Source: an uncultured delta proteobacterium
Lineage (GTDB): Bacteria > Myxococcota_A > Polyangia > Polyangiales > Polyangiaceae
Direction: 5' to 3'
DNA: 64,000 nucleotides
Assembly (NCBI GenBank): GCA_963716725.1
Contig: CAVQUB010000007.1
Span: 176,722 to 240,721, forward strand
In this document: piece by piece, positions 19,689 to 36,659 of the stretch
Layout of the letters: each line of letters starts with the position of its first letter
Position numbering within the stretch: position 1 is the first letter of the stretch
Made by a program: the position numbers and the translations under genes
The notes under the pieces: generated by a model
The model's input: only the letters and a program-made list of their open reading frames with translations
Database searches by the model: none
Told to the model about the DNA's origin: nothing

Positions 19689-20921
19689 TCAGGCCAACTG
19701 CCGCTTGACGGCGGGAGCGGCGCAAGTGTCCACGACGCGGTTTCGGCCCGAGCGCTTGGCGCTGTACAAACAGTCGTCGGCCTGGGTCAGCAAGTCGTCT
19801 CCCGAGTGGCCGCCCACGGTCGTGGCACAGCCAATGCTCACGGTCACGGAGAACGCGCTGCCCCCGTGCTCGAACCCATGTGCAGCCACGGCTGCACGGA
19901 GGCGCTCGGCCACCATGCGCGCGCCCTCACGGGGCGTGTTGCGGAGCAGCACCACGAACTCCTCGCCGCCGTAGCGCGCCACGAGGTCTTCGGTACGAAG
20001 ACGCGAGACGAGAATGGTGGCCAAATCGACCAAGACGGCGTCCCCGGCCGCGTGGCCCTTCGTGTCGTTCACCGCCTTGAAGTGATCGACATCTAGAATG
20101 AGGACGCTGGTCGGGACGGCGTGCCGAGCTCCGAAGGCGAGCTCGTGTTCGATGCGTTCGGCGAAGTAGCGGCGGTTGTTCAGGTTCGTGAGCGGATCGC
20201 GGATGCTGCTCTCGTACAGCTGCTGCGCCATGGATCGGAGGCGGTGCTCGACCGTTCTCCGCTCGTGGTCGTAGGCCATGGCGATGAATGCGGTGACCAC
20301 CAGGAAGCAGGCGTACAGCGTGGCCTTCACGACCGGAGGCGGTGGGGTGGTCGCCGTCAAGTGGCCGGTCTGGAAGGCCACGGCGAGCAGGCCCAGCTCG
20401 ACCATCAGGATCCCGGTCAGGATCTTTGCGCCGCGGGCGCCCAGGAAGAAGGCCGCGATCAGCGGGATGGACGGCAACATGGCGAGCACGGGCGCGTTGA
20501 GGCCGCCGGCACCGACGGCCAGCAGTGGGAGTGTGGTCGCGGTGGCGCCAACCGGGAGGATGGCCGCCTTGTTTAGCGACCGCGTGTGCCTGAGCACCCA
20601 GGGTCCGGACGCCATCGCGAGCGTGGTGATGGGCGCGGCGAGCCAATAGCTCGCGGGCGGCGCGCGATCCGAGACCATGCGCAGGGTCGCGCTCACGATC
20701 ATCAGCACCAGCGCGCCGTGGCACGCGATGATCAAGGTGCGGGCGCGTCGACGAAACCCGAAATCGTCTGGCTGATGAACGGCGCCGAAGTAGCGGAAGT
20801 AGGGTTCCCACCAGTCGTCGCCAGGCGGCGGGGACGTCACGTTCAACGCCCGAGCCTCCGGCGGATCAGTGTGCGTGGGCGAAGCTTCCGCGGCCTTCAG
20901 CGAGAGATCGATGTCGGTCAT
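19689..20921 (-). CDS. Membrane-bound diguanylate cyclase (GGDEF)
   Basis: Several TM helices, DPLTNLNNRR, DVDHFK, and RxxD I-site (RTED) before GGEEF. Confidence 0.92.
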   Translation of the reverse strand: MTDIDLSLKAAEASPTHTDPPEARALNVTSPPPGDDWWEPYFRYFGAVHQPDDFGFRRRARTLIIACHGALVLMIVSATLRMVSDRAPPASYWLAAPITTLAMASGPWVLRHTRSLNKAAILPVGATATTLPLLAVGAGGLNAPVLAMLPSIPLIAAFFLGARGAKILTGILMVELGLLAVAFQTGHLTATTPPPPVVKATLYACFLVVTAFIAMAYDHERRTVEHRLRSMAQQLYESSIRDPLTNLNNRRYFAERIEHELAFGARHAVPTSVLILDVDHFKAVNDTKGHAAGDAVLVDLATILVSRLRTEDLVARYGGEEFVVLLRNTPREGARMVAERLRAAVAAHGFEHGGSAFSVTVSIGCATTVGGHSGDDLLTQADDCLYSAKRSGRNRVVDTCAAPAVKRQLA

Positions 20922-21018
20922 TCGCGTCCGGTCGGGGCGCTCGAGCGATGGACCACTCGGGCCACCCCTCCCGGGACCAACGGCAGAAGCAGTTGGAGTT
21001 TAAGTCCTCGACCGGGGA

Positions 21019-22545
21019 TCACGAACGCCGGCGACGCGCGAGCAGCGCGCCGAGGCCCGCGAGCACGAGCCAGCTCGACGAGGGAGCATTTTGCGCTGGC
21101 ACCCGGCACCCGCAGCCGCCGTCGTCATCGACGTCGAGGCCCGTGCCGCCGTCTTTGCCACCGCCAACGCCGCCGTCCTTGCCGCCGCTCGAGCTGCCGC
21201 CGCTCGAGCTGCCGCCGCTCGAGCTGCCGCCGGTGGACGAACCGCCCGCGCCCGCTGCGCCTGCCGAGCCTGCCGAGCCTGCCGCGCCCGCCGCGCCCGC
21301 TGCGCCGCCGGCGCCCGCTGCGCCGCCGGTCGAACCACCCGCGCCCGCTGCGCCGCCGGTCGCGCCGCCGGTTCCGCCGGTCGCGCCGCCGGTTCCGCCG
21401 GTCGCGCCGCCGGTTCCGCCGGTCGCGCCGCCGGTTCCGCCGGTCGCGCCGCCGGTTCCGCCGGTCGCGCCGCCGGTTCCGCCGGTCGCGCCGCCGGTTC
21501 CGCCACCGCCGCCCGTGCCGCCCGTGCCGCAGCCGGCGATCGGGGTGTACACGCAGCCCGTGGCCGTCGCGCACGAGTCGGTCGTGCACGGATTGTTGTC
21601 GTTGCAAGCGATGGGCTTGTGGGCGCACGCGCCGCTGGTCGCGTCGCAGCCGTCGGCGGTGCAAGCGTTGTTGTCGTTGCAGTCCTTGGCGACGTACTTG
21701 CAGCCGGTTGCCTTGTCGCAGCTGTCGGTGGTGCAAGCGTTGTTGTCGGCGCAGACCACCGGCTTGCCGGGTTGACACGTGCCACCTCCGCAGGTGTCGC
21801 CGGTGGTGCAGGCATCCTTGTCGTCGCAGGGGTTGGTGTTGACCTGGCCCAGGCAGGCTCCATTGTTGGGGTTACAGGTGTCCGTGGTGCACACGTTGCC
21901 GTCGTCGCAGCTCTTGGTGGAGCCGGCCGCGCACTTGCCCGCGCCGTCGCACACGTCGGCGAGCGTGCACTGATTGCTATCGGTGCAGGTGGCGCCCTTG
22001 AGCAGGTTGATCTTCGTGGCGGTGCTCGCCGCGGTCATGTCGCAGGCGTTGAACACGCACCCTTCGCGGCCGTAGGGCACCGGGTTCGCCAGGGCCGCGC
22101 ACGCACCGTTTGCGTTGCAGGCGCCGTCGCAGGAGTCGGGGTAGATGCCGCCGCCCGACGACGGCCGGCAGGCCGCACCGGTCTTGGCCTGGATGGCGAC
22201 GCAGGCCCCGTTGAGGCAGGTGTTGGCGCAGCTGGTGCCACCTGACGAGCCACACACGCGACCGTTCAGAGTGGGGATACCCACGGTGGTGATACCCACG
22301 CAGGTGACGCTGTAGGGGAACGTTGCCGTCGGGGTGGGGTGGCAGACGCCGCCGCATTCGAGCAGCGGCCCTCCATTGCCGTCCGGATCGCAGGGATGCC
22401 CGATGGTGTTGTAGTTGCACCCCCCGGTCAGCGCCTCGGATGACTCCCCCGTCGGCTCACCCGACTCGGTGGGCTCGTCAGCCGCCGAACACGCCAAGAT
22501 CGAGAATGCACCGAAGAACGCAATCGTGCTGCTGAGCTTTCGCAT
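21019..22545 (-). CDS. MYXO-CTERM surface protein with Cys-rich slime-mold-type repeats
   Basis: GGAGG RBS, signal peptide, repeated CDDxNxCTxDxC units, Gly linker, and C-terminal GGCGCRV...[17 protein letters not shown]. Confidence 0.85.
   Translation of the reverse strand: MRKLSSTIAFFGAFSILACSAADEPTESGEPTGESSEALTGGCNYNTIGHPCDPDGNGGPLLECGGVCHPTPTATFPYSVTCVGITTVGIPTLNGRVCGSSGGTSCANTCLNGACVAIQAKTGAACRPSSGGGIYPDSCDGACNANGACAALANPVPYGREGCVFNACDMTAASTATKINLLKGATCTDSNQCTLADVCDGAGKCAAGSTKSCDDGNVCTTDTCNPNNGACLGQVNTNPCDDKDACTTGDTCGGGTCQPGKPVVCADNNACTTDSCDKATGCKYVAKDCNDNNACTADGCDATSGACAHKPIACNDNNPCTTDSCATATGCVYTPIAGCGTGGTGGGGGTGGATGGTGGATGGTGGATGGTGGATGGTGGATGGTGGATGGTGGATGGAAGAGGSTGGAAGAGGAAGAAGAAGSAGSAGAAGAGGSSTGGSSSGGSSSGGSSSGGKDGGVGGGKDGGTGLDVDDDGGCGCRVPAQNAPSSSWLVLAGLGALLARRRRS
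21355..21502 (-). repeat. 21-bp coding tandem repeat (GGATGGT) x~7
   Basis: Repeated CCGGTCGCGCCGCCGGTTCCG on the + strand. Confidence 0.9.
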
Positions 22546-22649
22546 CGTTTCCTCCAAAGTCGAGCCAAGACCCCCTCGAAGAGTACACGGACGCGGGCCT
22601 CGAGCCAGCACGATTGCACCGCGGGCGCGGCTTACCTACGCATGGAGTC

Positions 22650-26243
<3,594 letters not shown>

Positions 26244-26332
26244 GCGAGTTCTCGCCACCAGGGCGGCGAATTGGCCCGAAGGTCGTTCTTCGGGTTCTCG
26301 AAAGCCGCGAACGTGCGCTATACGCGCGACCC

Positions 26333-28429
<2,097 letters not shown>

Positions 28430-28432
28430 CCC

Positions 28433-28849
28433 ATGCCCTGGGTAGATGCGGCGCTGGCGCTGGTGTGCTGGGGGTTCTGGGCGTTTCTGCCCAAGCTCAC
28501 GACCAGGTACCTTCCGGACGCCTACAGCGCCGTGCTCTACCAGTACGTCGGTTCGGCCGTCTGCGTGCTTGGCTACGGAGCCCTGCGCGGATCGCTCACG
28601 CCGAGCTACAGCACGAAGGGGCTCGTGTACGCCGCGCTCGCCGGAGTGGCAGCGACCGCGGGCATGGCCTTCTACTATCGAGCGGCCGCGCGCACCGAGA
28701 TCAGCGCCGTCGCCATCACGACCGCGCTCTATCCCATCGTGTCGGTGGGTCTGGCGGTCGCGTTGCTGGGCGAGCGCCTGACGCTGCGGCAGTGGATCGG
28801 CGCGGGACTGGCGCTGGTGGCGGTGGCACTGTTGGCTCCCACGACCTGA
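28433..28849 (+). CDS. EamA/DMT family small membrane transporter
   Basis: Hydrophobic helices, ALYPIV and [17 protein letters not shown]. Confidence 0.85.
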   Translation: MPWVDAALALVCWGFWAFLPKLTTRYLPDAYSAVLYQYVGSAVCVLGYGALRGSLTPSYSTKGLVYAALAGVAATAGMAFYYRAAARTEISAVAITTALYPIVSVGLAVALLGERLTLRQWIGAGLALVAVALLAPTT

Positions 28850-28873
28850 CCTGCTCCCACATGGGCGCCGCGA

Positions 28874-28888
28874 ATTGGTTCAACCAAT
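28874..28888. promoter_or_regulatory. Palindrome ATTGGTT-C-AACCAAT (candidate regulator or enhancer site)
   Basis: Perfect AT-rich inverted repeat in GC-rich DNA, ~70-85 bp upstream of a sigma54-like motif. Confidence 0.5.
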
Positions 28889-28959
28889 GGTGTAGCGGTG
28901 TTCGCGGCTGCTCACTTCGCACCAGCGCCCAACCCGCTGAAATCCCACGACCGGCGCCC

Positions 28960-28975
28960 TGGCATGAGCCTGGCA
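28960..28975 (+). promoter_or_regulatory. Sigma54 -24/-12 promoter candidate (TGGCATGAGCCTGGCA)
   Basis: GG-N10-GC spacing with TGGCA at -24, just upstream of the GtrA gene. Confidence 0.55.
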
Positions 28976-28988
28976 ATGAGGCTTGGGC

Positions 28989-29405
28989 GTGGTCAATCCA
29001 ACCTCCATCACCGGCCTGGCGACGGTGGCGCGCAGCGCGGCCATCGGAGCGCTGGCCACGCTGACGGATCTCGTCGCCCTCACCGTCCTCGTCAGCGGTT
29101 TCGGTCTCTCACCCCGTCTCGCCAGCGTGCCCGCGCTGGTGATCGGCATCGCGCTCCAGTTCGTGGGCAACAAGTGGTTCGCCTTCGGTGACCGATCGCG
29201 AGACTGGCTCCGACAAGGCACGCAGTTTCTCGGCGTCGAAGCCCTCGGCTTCACCGCCAACCTCCTGCTCTTCGATCTCGCGATCCGCTTCACCGCGCTG
29301 CCCTACCTACCGCTGCGCCTGCTCACCACCAGCATCGTCTACTTCGCGATCTGCTTGCCGCTTTGGTCGCTCATCTTCCGAAACCGCAGCCAGGAGTCGT
29401 CATGA
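28989..29405 (+). CDS. GtrA family membrane protein
   Basis: Four TM segments, [10 protein letters not shown] and FVGNKWFAF. Start uncertain (28983 or 28989). Confidence 0.8.
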   Translation: MVNPTSITGLATVARSAAIGALATLTDLVALTVLVSGFGLSPRLASVPALVIGIALQFVGNKWFAFGDRSRDWLRQGTQFLGVEALGFTANLLLFDLAIRFTALPYLPLRLLTTSIVYFAICLPLWSLIFRNRSQESS

Positions 29406-30604
29406 ACAACGTCGCGCTCGCAGTGACCGGTATCTGCACCGCTTGGACCGCGCTCGGCACGCTCGCGGTCATCCGCGCGACGCGGGGGCAACGCCTGCCC
29501 GAGAGCATCGCCAAGCTGGTCGAGGATCCGCTGTCGACCAATCCCCTGGGTCGGCCTCGCGCGGGGCTCGCTGCCGATCTGCCGCCGGTCACCGTCTTGA
29601 AGCCGCTCTGCGGGACGGACGCAGGCCTTGCCGACAACCTGGAGAGCTTCTTCCTGCAAGATCACCCGCGGCTCGAGCTCGTGTTCGGCGTGCAGTGTCC
29701 GGACGATCCGGCCATCGGCGTGGTTCGGGAGCTCGCGCTGCGCTACCCCGAGGTCGCGGTGAAGCTGGTGGTGCACGCCGGCGGCGCGGCCATCAATCCC
29801 AAGGTCGACAATCTGATGGGCATGGCGCCCCACGCGTCCCACGATCTCTTGCTGATCAGCGACAGCAACGTGCGGGCTCCGACCCACTACGTCTCAGAGA
29901 TGGTCGAGACGCTGCTCGCCGATCCGAAGAACGGGCTGGTCACCAACCTTCTGGCCGGCACCGGAGAAAACGGACTGGGCTCGGCTCTGGAGAACGTTCA
30001 ACTCAACGGCTTCTGCGCTGCTGGTTCGGCGCTGCCGACGCTGCTGGGCGACGCGCTGGTGATCGGCAAGAGCATGCTGTTCTCGAGGAAGGTCTTCGAA
30101 GAGCTCGGAGGCTTTCGCCGAGTGGCGGACGTGCTCGCCGAGGACTACGTGATGGGCAAGCTGTTCCAACACGGGGGCTACCGCGTGCGCATCGCGCCCA
30201 CCGTGCTCGACAACGTGACGCGCGGCATGACGGTGCGCGGCTTCCTTCTGCGCCATCAGCGCTGGGCGATGCTCCGATCGCGCCTGCGCCCGGCGGCTCA
30301 GCTGGCCGAGCCGCTGACCAGTCCTCTCGCGTTGCTGCCGCTGGCCTGGTGGGGCATGGGCCCCGCCGCGGCGCTGACCTGGATCTTCGTGCTGCTCGCG
30401 CTCCGTGACGTCGGCGGCTGGGTGGCGCTCCGGGGGTTTCGTCACGCTTGGTTGCCGGCGCTGCTCTCCCCGCTGCGCGAGCTGTTCATGCTGCTGGTGT
30501 GGGCGCGCGCCCCGTTCAAGCGACACGTCGTGTGGCGCGGCCACAAGGTGAGGCTCGGCGCCGGCACGTTGGTCTTCGTTCCCGCCGAGGCCCGCGCTCG
30601 CTGA
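29402..30604 (+). CDS. Ceramide glucosyltransferase / HpnI-like glycosyltransferase (GT21-type)
   Basis: LKPLCG, DDPA, NPKVDNL, ISDSNV, LAEDY, RxxRW and VWRG. ATGA overlap with the GtrA gene. Confidence 0.85.
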   Translation: MNNVALAVTGICTAWTALGTLAVIRATRGQRLPESIAKLVEDPLSTNPLGRPRAGLAADLPPVTVLKPLCGTDAGLADNLESFFLQDHPRLELVFGVQCPDDPAIGVVRELALRYPEVAVKLVVHAGGAAINPKVDNLMGMAPHASHDLLLISDSNVRAPTHYVSEMVETLLADPKNGLVTNLLAGTGENGLGSALENVQLNGFCAAGSALPTLLGDALVIGKSMLFSRKVFEELGGFRRVADVLAEDYVMGKLFQHGGYRVRIAPTVLDNVTRGMTVRGFLLRHQRWAMLRSRLRPAAQLAEPLTSPLALLPLAWWGMGPAAALTWIFVLLALRDVGGWVALRGFRHAWLPALLSPLRELFMLLVWARAPFKRHVVWRGHKVRLGAGTLVFVPAEARAR

Positions 30605-30700
30605 CGCTGCCCGCGCCCTGCGTGCGGGTCGCGCGCGCGCGCTTTGCCGGGGCGATTCCGCGCTGGATCGCCGCCGATCGACCGTGTAGCGTCCGCAGTC

Positions 30701-31237
30701 ATGAAGATCGAGACCGTCACCATCACGCGCCTGCGCGATGCGCTCCTCGCGAGCGGTCGTCGGCCGACGACCGTGCTCTCACCGGCCTATGAAACCCTGA
30801 CCCGCGAGGGGCTGCTCAGCAACGAAGAAACCATCGCGCTGTCGCGCGTCGAGCCGCTGGCTGAGACCATGTTCTTGATGATGAGCGCCGACGGGAAGAT
30901 CGAAGAGTCAGAGCGCGACGTCGTGCGCGGAGCCATTCGAGGCCTCAGCGACAACATTCTGCGCAGCGGCACGATCAATGTGATGATCGAGACCTATCAA
31001 AAGCGCCTCGACGAGCAGGGTCGGGACACGCGCCTGCACGAGATCGCGGAAGAGATCGCCGGCGAGCCCAGCGAGCTCGAAGGCGCGTTTGCGCTGGCGG
31101 CTGCAGTGGCCCTCGCGGACGAGGAAGTGGCGGACGAGGAGAACGCGCTCATCAACCAGCTCGCCGAGTGGTTCGGGATCTCGGAAGAACGCGCGGGAGA
31201 GATCCTCGACCAACTCGAGGCAGACGCTGGCGATTGA
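30701..31237 (+). CDS. TerB-like (tellurite resistance family) protein
   Basis: ADGKIEESE and ADEEVADEE paired motifs. Confidence 0.8.
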   Translation: MKIETVTITRLRDALLASGRRPTTVLSPAYETLTREGLLSNEETIALSRVEPLAETMFLMMSADGKIEESERDVVRGAIRGLSDNILRSGTINVMIETYQKRLDEQGRDTRLHEIAEEIAGEPSELEGAFALAAAVALADEEVADEENALINQLAEWFGISEERAGEILDQLEADAGD

Positions 31238-31244
31238 CGGCGCC

Positions 31245-31745
31245 ATGACCGAGACAGCATCGGGGCACGAGCCTTCGCCGCCAGCCGCTACAGCGACCGA
31301 CGCCGACGCCACTGCGGCGACCGACGCCGACAGTCCCATCGAAGATCCGATGGCCACGGGTCGCGCGGCCGAGGTCGACGTGATCGCGCTCGAGCGCTTC
31401 GCGTCCCGCGCGGGCATCCTGTCCAAGGTCTGTTTCGCTGCAGGCGCCCTGGCGGTGATCGTCGTCGCCGTGTCGTTCACGGGTCGAGTCGATTCGGGTG
31501 TCGTCATGTACGTCGCGCCGGTCGGCGCGCTGCACGTCTGGTTGGGCGTGCTGCTGGGTCGGGCGTCGTCGTCGCTCGCAGACGCTGCCAGCGCCCGCTG
31601 GTCGGAGCGCGCGCCCTTCTCCTCGGCCGTGCGCGAGTTGCACGCCGCGCTGGGCGTCCAGCTGGTGGTGACCGGATTTCTGGTGTTCTTGATGGCGCTC
31701 GCGCTGCTCGTTGCGGCGGCTTTCCAGCGTGTGACGGTGATCTGA
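31245..31745 (+). CDS. Hypothetical membrane protein
   Basis: Three hydrophobic segments. Fills the gap between neighbouring genes. Confidence 0.6.
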   Translation: MTETASGHEPSPPAATATDADATAATDADSPIEDPMATGRAAEVDVIALERFASRAGILSKVCFAAGALAVIVVAVSFTGRVDSGVVMYVAPVGALHVWLGVLLGRASSSLADAASARWSERAPFSSAVRELHAALGVQLVVTGFLVFLMALALLVAAAFQRVTVI

Positions 31746-32708
31746 TCAGCGCGGATTTCGCACGCAGCGAAAGCCGAGCGCCGGCACGCGGTAGGTCTTC
31801 TTGGAGGCGGCACGCCAGGCCACCCGGAGCGCCTCCTTGCTGCGGTTCCAACCGCCCCCGCGCAGCGTGCGCACGTAGCACTCGCCGGCGATGCTCGGAT
31901 GCGCTTGCGGATCCGGATCCACGACCTTGTCACTCGGGTAGTGGACGTAGCAGTCGCCGGTCCACTCCCAGAGGTTGCCGCCGAGATCGTAAAGGTCCCC
32001 GTTGGGCCAGCCGCTCTTGCCCTTCGGGTGCGCTCTCACCTTGCTGGTGCCGCCGCCGTGACAGCCGACGTCGCCGGCCGGATCCGAGTGCGGGGAACCG
32101 CCCGGAGTGAAGTCAGCGGTGCCGTTCTCGCAGGTCGGCTCCAGATCACCCCAAGCGTACTTGCGGCCGTCGCCGTGTCCCGCGGCCCACTCGAACTGCG
32201 CCTCGGTCGGCAGCGACTTGCCGTGACTCTCGCAATAGTGCTTGGCCTGTCCAAAGTTGACCATGTTGATCGGGTGTTCGTCGCGCTGAAACTCGGGGCG
32301 AAAGTTGCTGTTCAGATCGTTGAGCTGCGGCGTCGTGCAGGTGCCGGCGTTCACGCACTCTCGATAGGCCGCCACCGTCACCTCGGTCTCGTCCATGCAG
32401 AAGGGTCGCGTCAACACCACGGTGTGCTTCTGGTCCATCGCGCCTCGTGGCCCGCGCCCCATTTCGAAACCGCCCGGTCCGGTCGCAGGAACGTAGACTT
32501 CACCCGCTCCGCAGTTCGGCACACAGCGTCCGGCGTCGCAGCGCTCGATGCCGTTGCACGCAGGTGTGCAGGCAGGAGGAGCCGGCGCGGCGGCCGGCGC
32601 GGCTTCGACTCTTGGCGCGGCGCTCGCTGAGGGCACTGGCGAGTCGTGGCTGCTCTTGCCGCAGGCGGCGAGCGACAGCATTGCCAGCCACCAGACGCGT
32701 GCGCTCAT
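31746..32708 (-). CDS. FGE-sulfatase (SUMF1/EgtB/PvdO-like) domain lipoprotein
   Basis: Lipobox LAAC, MDETEVT, LPTEAQFE, LYDLGGNLWEW, RGGGW and LGFRC. Confidence 0.88.
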   Translation of the reverse strand: MSARVWWLAMLSLAACGKSSHDSPVPSASAAPRVEAAPAAAPAPPACTPACNGIERCDAGRCVPNCGAGEVYVPATGPGGFEMGRGPRGAMDQKHTVVLTRPFCMDETEVTVAAYRECVNAGTCTTPQLNDLNSNFRPEFQRDEHPINMVNFGQAKHYCESHGKSLPTEAQFEWAAGHGDGRKYAWGDLEPTCENGTADFTPGGSPHSDPAGDVGCHGGGTSKVRAHPKGKSGWPNGDLYDLGGNLWEWTGDCYVHYPSDKVVDPDPQAHPSIAGECYVRTLRGGGWNRSKEALRVAWRAASKKTYRVPALGFRCVRNPR

Positions 32709-33898
32709 GGTCGCGCCTGCTTCTTCGTGCGGGGAGCGAGCTTCATGCACGACAATTCCCCGGGATCGCCCACCTCGGCGCCGCCGGTCGCCGCCGAGAG
32801 TCGCTGCAAGTGGCCCTTGAACGCGCGCTCACGGGGGGGCCGCGTCTTGCCCTCGAAGGGCATCGGGAGGTGCCCGAGCACATGGTACGGGCACGCCTCG
32901 GCCTCGAGGCGGCCGTCGGAGTGGAAGGTCACCCGGGCCATGAAGCTCGTTCCAGTCCAAGGGTAATCGCTATGCATGGCGAAGACCAAATTGCCGAGGC
33001 TGTAAAACGCCGGCTTGCCCGCGTGCCACGCGACGCCGTGGGGCACGTGGGGGTGATGCCCGAAGAACGCGTCGACCCCCGCGGCCATGACCTGAGACAC
33101 GAAGCTACGCGTCCACTGCATCGGTACGTCGAGGTACTCGCCACCCCCGTGATAGAGCACCAGCACGAGGTCGTGCTCTTTGCGCGCCTTCGCCAGCGGC
33201 GCCTCGAGCAGCTTGAAGGCGGCCCAGGCCACGTGGTGCCTGCCTTCGTGCTCCTGAATGGGTCCCTGATTCCAGATGTCCGTCACGCCGAAGACCGCGA
33301 CGCTGAAGCCCTTGGCCGAGATCACCGTGGGTTCGTAGATGCGTGACCGCTCACGGCTGGCGCCGGCGTAGCGCACACCCGCTCGCTCCAGGTTGTCGAG
33401 AGTCTCGAAGAACGCGCCCTTGCCGTAGTCCCAAGCGTGGTTGTTCGCGAGAGAGACCAAGTCGATGCCGGCGCGCGCGAGCACCTCGGCGCCGCCGGGC
33501 GGCCCGGTAAAAACCAGGTGGTTGTTCGGGTGCTGCGTCTGACCCTTCTGATCGCTCAGCTGCGACTCGAGGTTGACGATGCGAATGTCTGCGCTCCGCA
33601 TCAACGGCGCGATGGAGCGGAACGGGTCGTACTTCGGGTCCTTCAGGATCTGCTGGCCTGCGCCGCGCCCCAGGCTCACGTCACCGCCGACGAGGACCAC
33701 GAGCCGATCGGCCTTCGCCGTAGGCGTCGGCGCGGCGTCCAGCGCAGGCGTGGACGACTTCGCGTTCGGTGCCGGAGCTGACGCCGACGCGCTCGCGGTG
33801 GTTTGTGCGCGTCGCGCTGCGTGGTCCCCGGTTGGGGACTCTTGGCAAGCGACGAACCCGCCGAGCAGCACGCCGAGCAATCCGAAGTTGCTTCGCAT
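32705..33898 (-). CDS. CapA family metallophosphatase-fold lipoprotein
   Basis: GDV, NLES, LANNHAWDYG, GHHPHV and YSLGNLVF. Confidence 0.88.
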   Translation of the reverse strand: MRSNFGLLGVLLGGFVACQESPTGDHAARRAQTTASASASAPAPNAKSSTPALDAAPTPTAKADRLVVLVGGDVSLGRGAGQQILKDPKYDPFRSIAPLMRSADIRIVNLESQLSDQKGQTQHPNNHLVFTGPPGGAEVLARAGIDLVSLANNHAWDYGKGAFFETLDNLERAGVRYAGASRERSRIYEPTVISAKGFSVAVFGVTDIWNQGPIQEHEGRHHVAWAAFKLLEAPLAKARKEHDLVLVLYHGGGEYLDVPMQWTRSFVSQVMAAGVDAFFGHHPHVPHGVAWHAGKPAFYSLGNLVFAMHSDYPWTGTSFMARVTFHSDGRLEAEACPYHVLGHLPMPFEGKTRPPRERAFKGHLQRLSAATGGAEVGDPGELSCMKLAPRTKKQARP

Positions 33899-33983
33899 GG
33901 CGAGACTCCGACAATTGTGGCAGATGAGCGCCGTCAGGGCTCGTTTCTGGCTTCCGCTCTCTCGCCGCGAGATAGTGCGCCGG

Positions 33984-35507
33984 ATGCGGCGCGCAGCTTT
34001 CTCCGGAGCAGCCGTGATGGTGGCATGTGCTGCCACGCGCGGCCCCGCGCCGTCTGCGCAGGCGCCCGGGCCAGGGTCCACGCAGACCAAGCCGCCGGCG
34101 ACCCACCGGCAGGTGGTCGACGCGAACCCGACCAGCGGCGACGCGGCGCGCGCCGTCCCCCCCGGCGAGTATTTCGGCGCCGGCTATCCTCGCGCTTCGG
34201 CTCGGCGCGCCGGAATCGGATCGCTCTCGTGGGGAACCTGGATCCAACCGGCGCCCCGGGCGGGAGCGCTCCCGCTCGGCAGCATTCGCCCCGGAAGCAG
34301 CCTCGCGCTCGAGTCTCCGGAGATCCTCGGCGGCAACGGCAAGTGTCCGCGCTTCGTGCGCGTCGCTGGCGGCTACGTGTGCGCAGGGTCACGCGCGACC
34401 CTGGACATGGATTCACGCTGGATGAAGGCTGGACGCTGGACCGAGCCGGCGCCGGGCGTGATGCCCTACCAGTACGCGTTGAGCGTCGGCGCGCCGATGC
34501 TCACCCGTCCGCTGCCGCTCGAGAAGATGCTCTGGAGGACGGGCGCCCGCGACCGGCCGAAAATGCGTGGGTGGAACGAGGGCCACGACGAGCTCGCCGA
34601 GAGTGAGCCCATCGTTGCGAACGGCGAGATCCCGGACTTCCTCCGCGACGGCGGCCAGGTGCCGACGCCTTGGGGCGAGCCCAAGGGGGTGTTCTTCAAG
34701 ATGCTCCCGGCGGGCACCATGATCGCCTACACGCGGGCCTTCGAAGCGTTCGGGGAGGTCTGGGTGCTCTCGACCGACATGACGGTGGTCCCTGCGCGAG
34801 GGCTCAAACGCTTTCGCACCTCCGAGTTTCGTGGCCAGGAGCTTGGTGCTGGCGTCGAGCTGCCCATCGCGTGGATGCGCAATAAGCCGCGTGCGCAGTG
34901 GCGCAAGACAGGCGCCGGCTTCGAGCCCACCGGCGTGACCTGGCCCATCAGGACCCACGTCGCGCTCACGGGTCGCGAAGAGAAGCACGACAAGAAGTGG
35001 TTCCTCGAGACGCGGGTGCCCGGGATCTTCATCGAGCGCGGTGACGCCAACGTGGTGACTGCGCGACCGAAGCCGCCTTGGGAGACGAAGGGCACTGGCA
35101 AGTGGATCCACGTGCGCGTGAACCGCGGCACGCTGACGCTCTACGAAGGGCCGAAACCCGTCTTCACGACGCTGATGTCTCCTGGCAAAGAGGACGCGAC
35201 GCCCTACGGTCGCTACTTCGTCGAGAGCAAGCATCACTTCTCGACCATGAGCACCGAAGACGGCGAGCCGAAGCGGTCGTGGATCGCAGACGTGCCGTGG
35301 ACCGTCTACTTCAAGCGGCCCTACGCCATCCACGCCAGCTATTGGCACGAGGACTTTGGCGAGCGCAAGAGCGGCGGCTGCGTCAACCTGTCGCCCCTCG
35401 ACGCCAAGCGGGTCTTCGACTGGATCGAGCCCGACCTGCCCGCCGGTTGGGACACCGTGCAGGCCTACGGCATGGGGGGCGGGACCTTCGTGTTGGTCGA
35501 AGGCTGA
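33984..35507 (+). CDS. L,D-transpeptidase (YkuD) domain protein
   Basis: C-terminal TPYGRY...AIHASYWH...SGGCVNLS. Start uncertain. Confidence 0.82.
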   Translation: MRRAAFSGAAVMVACAATRGPAPSAQAPGPGSTQTKPPATHRQVVDANPTSGDAARAVPPGEYFGAGYPRASARRAGIGSLSWGTWIQPAPRAGALPLGSIRPGSSLALESPEILGGNGKCPRFVRVAGGYVCAGSRATLDMDSRWMKAGRWTEPAPGVMPYQYALSVGAPMLTRPLPLEKMLWRTGARDRPKMRGWNEGHDELAESEPIVANGEIPDFLRDGGQVPTPWGEPKGVFFKMLPAGTMIAYTRAFEAFGEVWVLSTDMTVVPARGLKRFRTSEFRGQELGAGVELPIAWMRNKPRAQWRKTGAGFEPTGVTWPIRTHVALTGREEKHDKKWFLETRVPGIFIERGDANVVTARPKPPWETKGTGKWIHVRVNRGTLTLYEGPKPVFTTLMSPGKEDATPYGRYFVESKHHFSTMSTEDGEPKRSWIADVPWTVYFKRPYAIHASYWHEDFGERKSGGCVNLSPLDAKRVFDWIEPDLPAGWDTVQAYGMGGGTFVLVEG

Positions 35508-35516
35508 CAGCGCGGA

Positions 35517-36380
<864 letters not shown>

Positions 36381-36605
36381 CTTGTCGTGCCCTCCGCGGC
36401 GCGGAGATTCGCGCACAACGCGCCGCGGCGTCAACGCGATTGTGGGCCCACCCGAGCCGAGCTGGGGTTCAATGGGCTAGGATCCACGCGTGGCTCCGTC
36501 GCACTTCGCGTGGTTCGCGGTGGCGTCGGTGCTCGCGGCGTAGGAACGCAGCGACTGCCAGGACTGCGCTGGATGTAACTTCGGCTCCGGGAAGTCTCAT
36601 TGACC

Positions 36606-36645
36606 GCGCAGCGGCGCAGCGGCGCAGCGGCGCAGCGGCGCAGCG
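36606..36645. repeat. Intergenic 8-bp tandem repeat (GCGCAGCG)x5
   Basis: Five perfect copies ending 14 bp upstream of ATG 36660. Confidence 0.9.
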
Positions 36646-36659
36646 ACGGCGCAAGTGCT

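Noticed and set aside
21355..21502. Regular 21-27-bp repeats (also ~7675-8060 and ~36960-37200) as a possible CRISPR array
   Set aside because: No unique spacers, units are multiples of 3 encoding Gly-rich linkers, and there are no cas genes.
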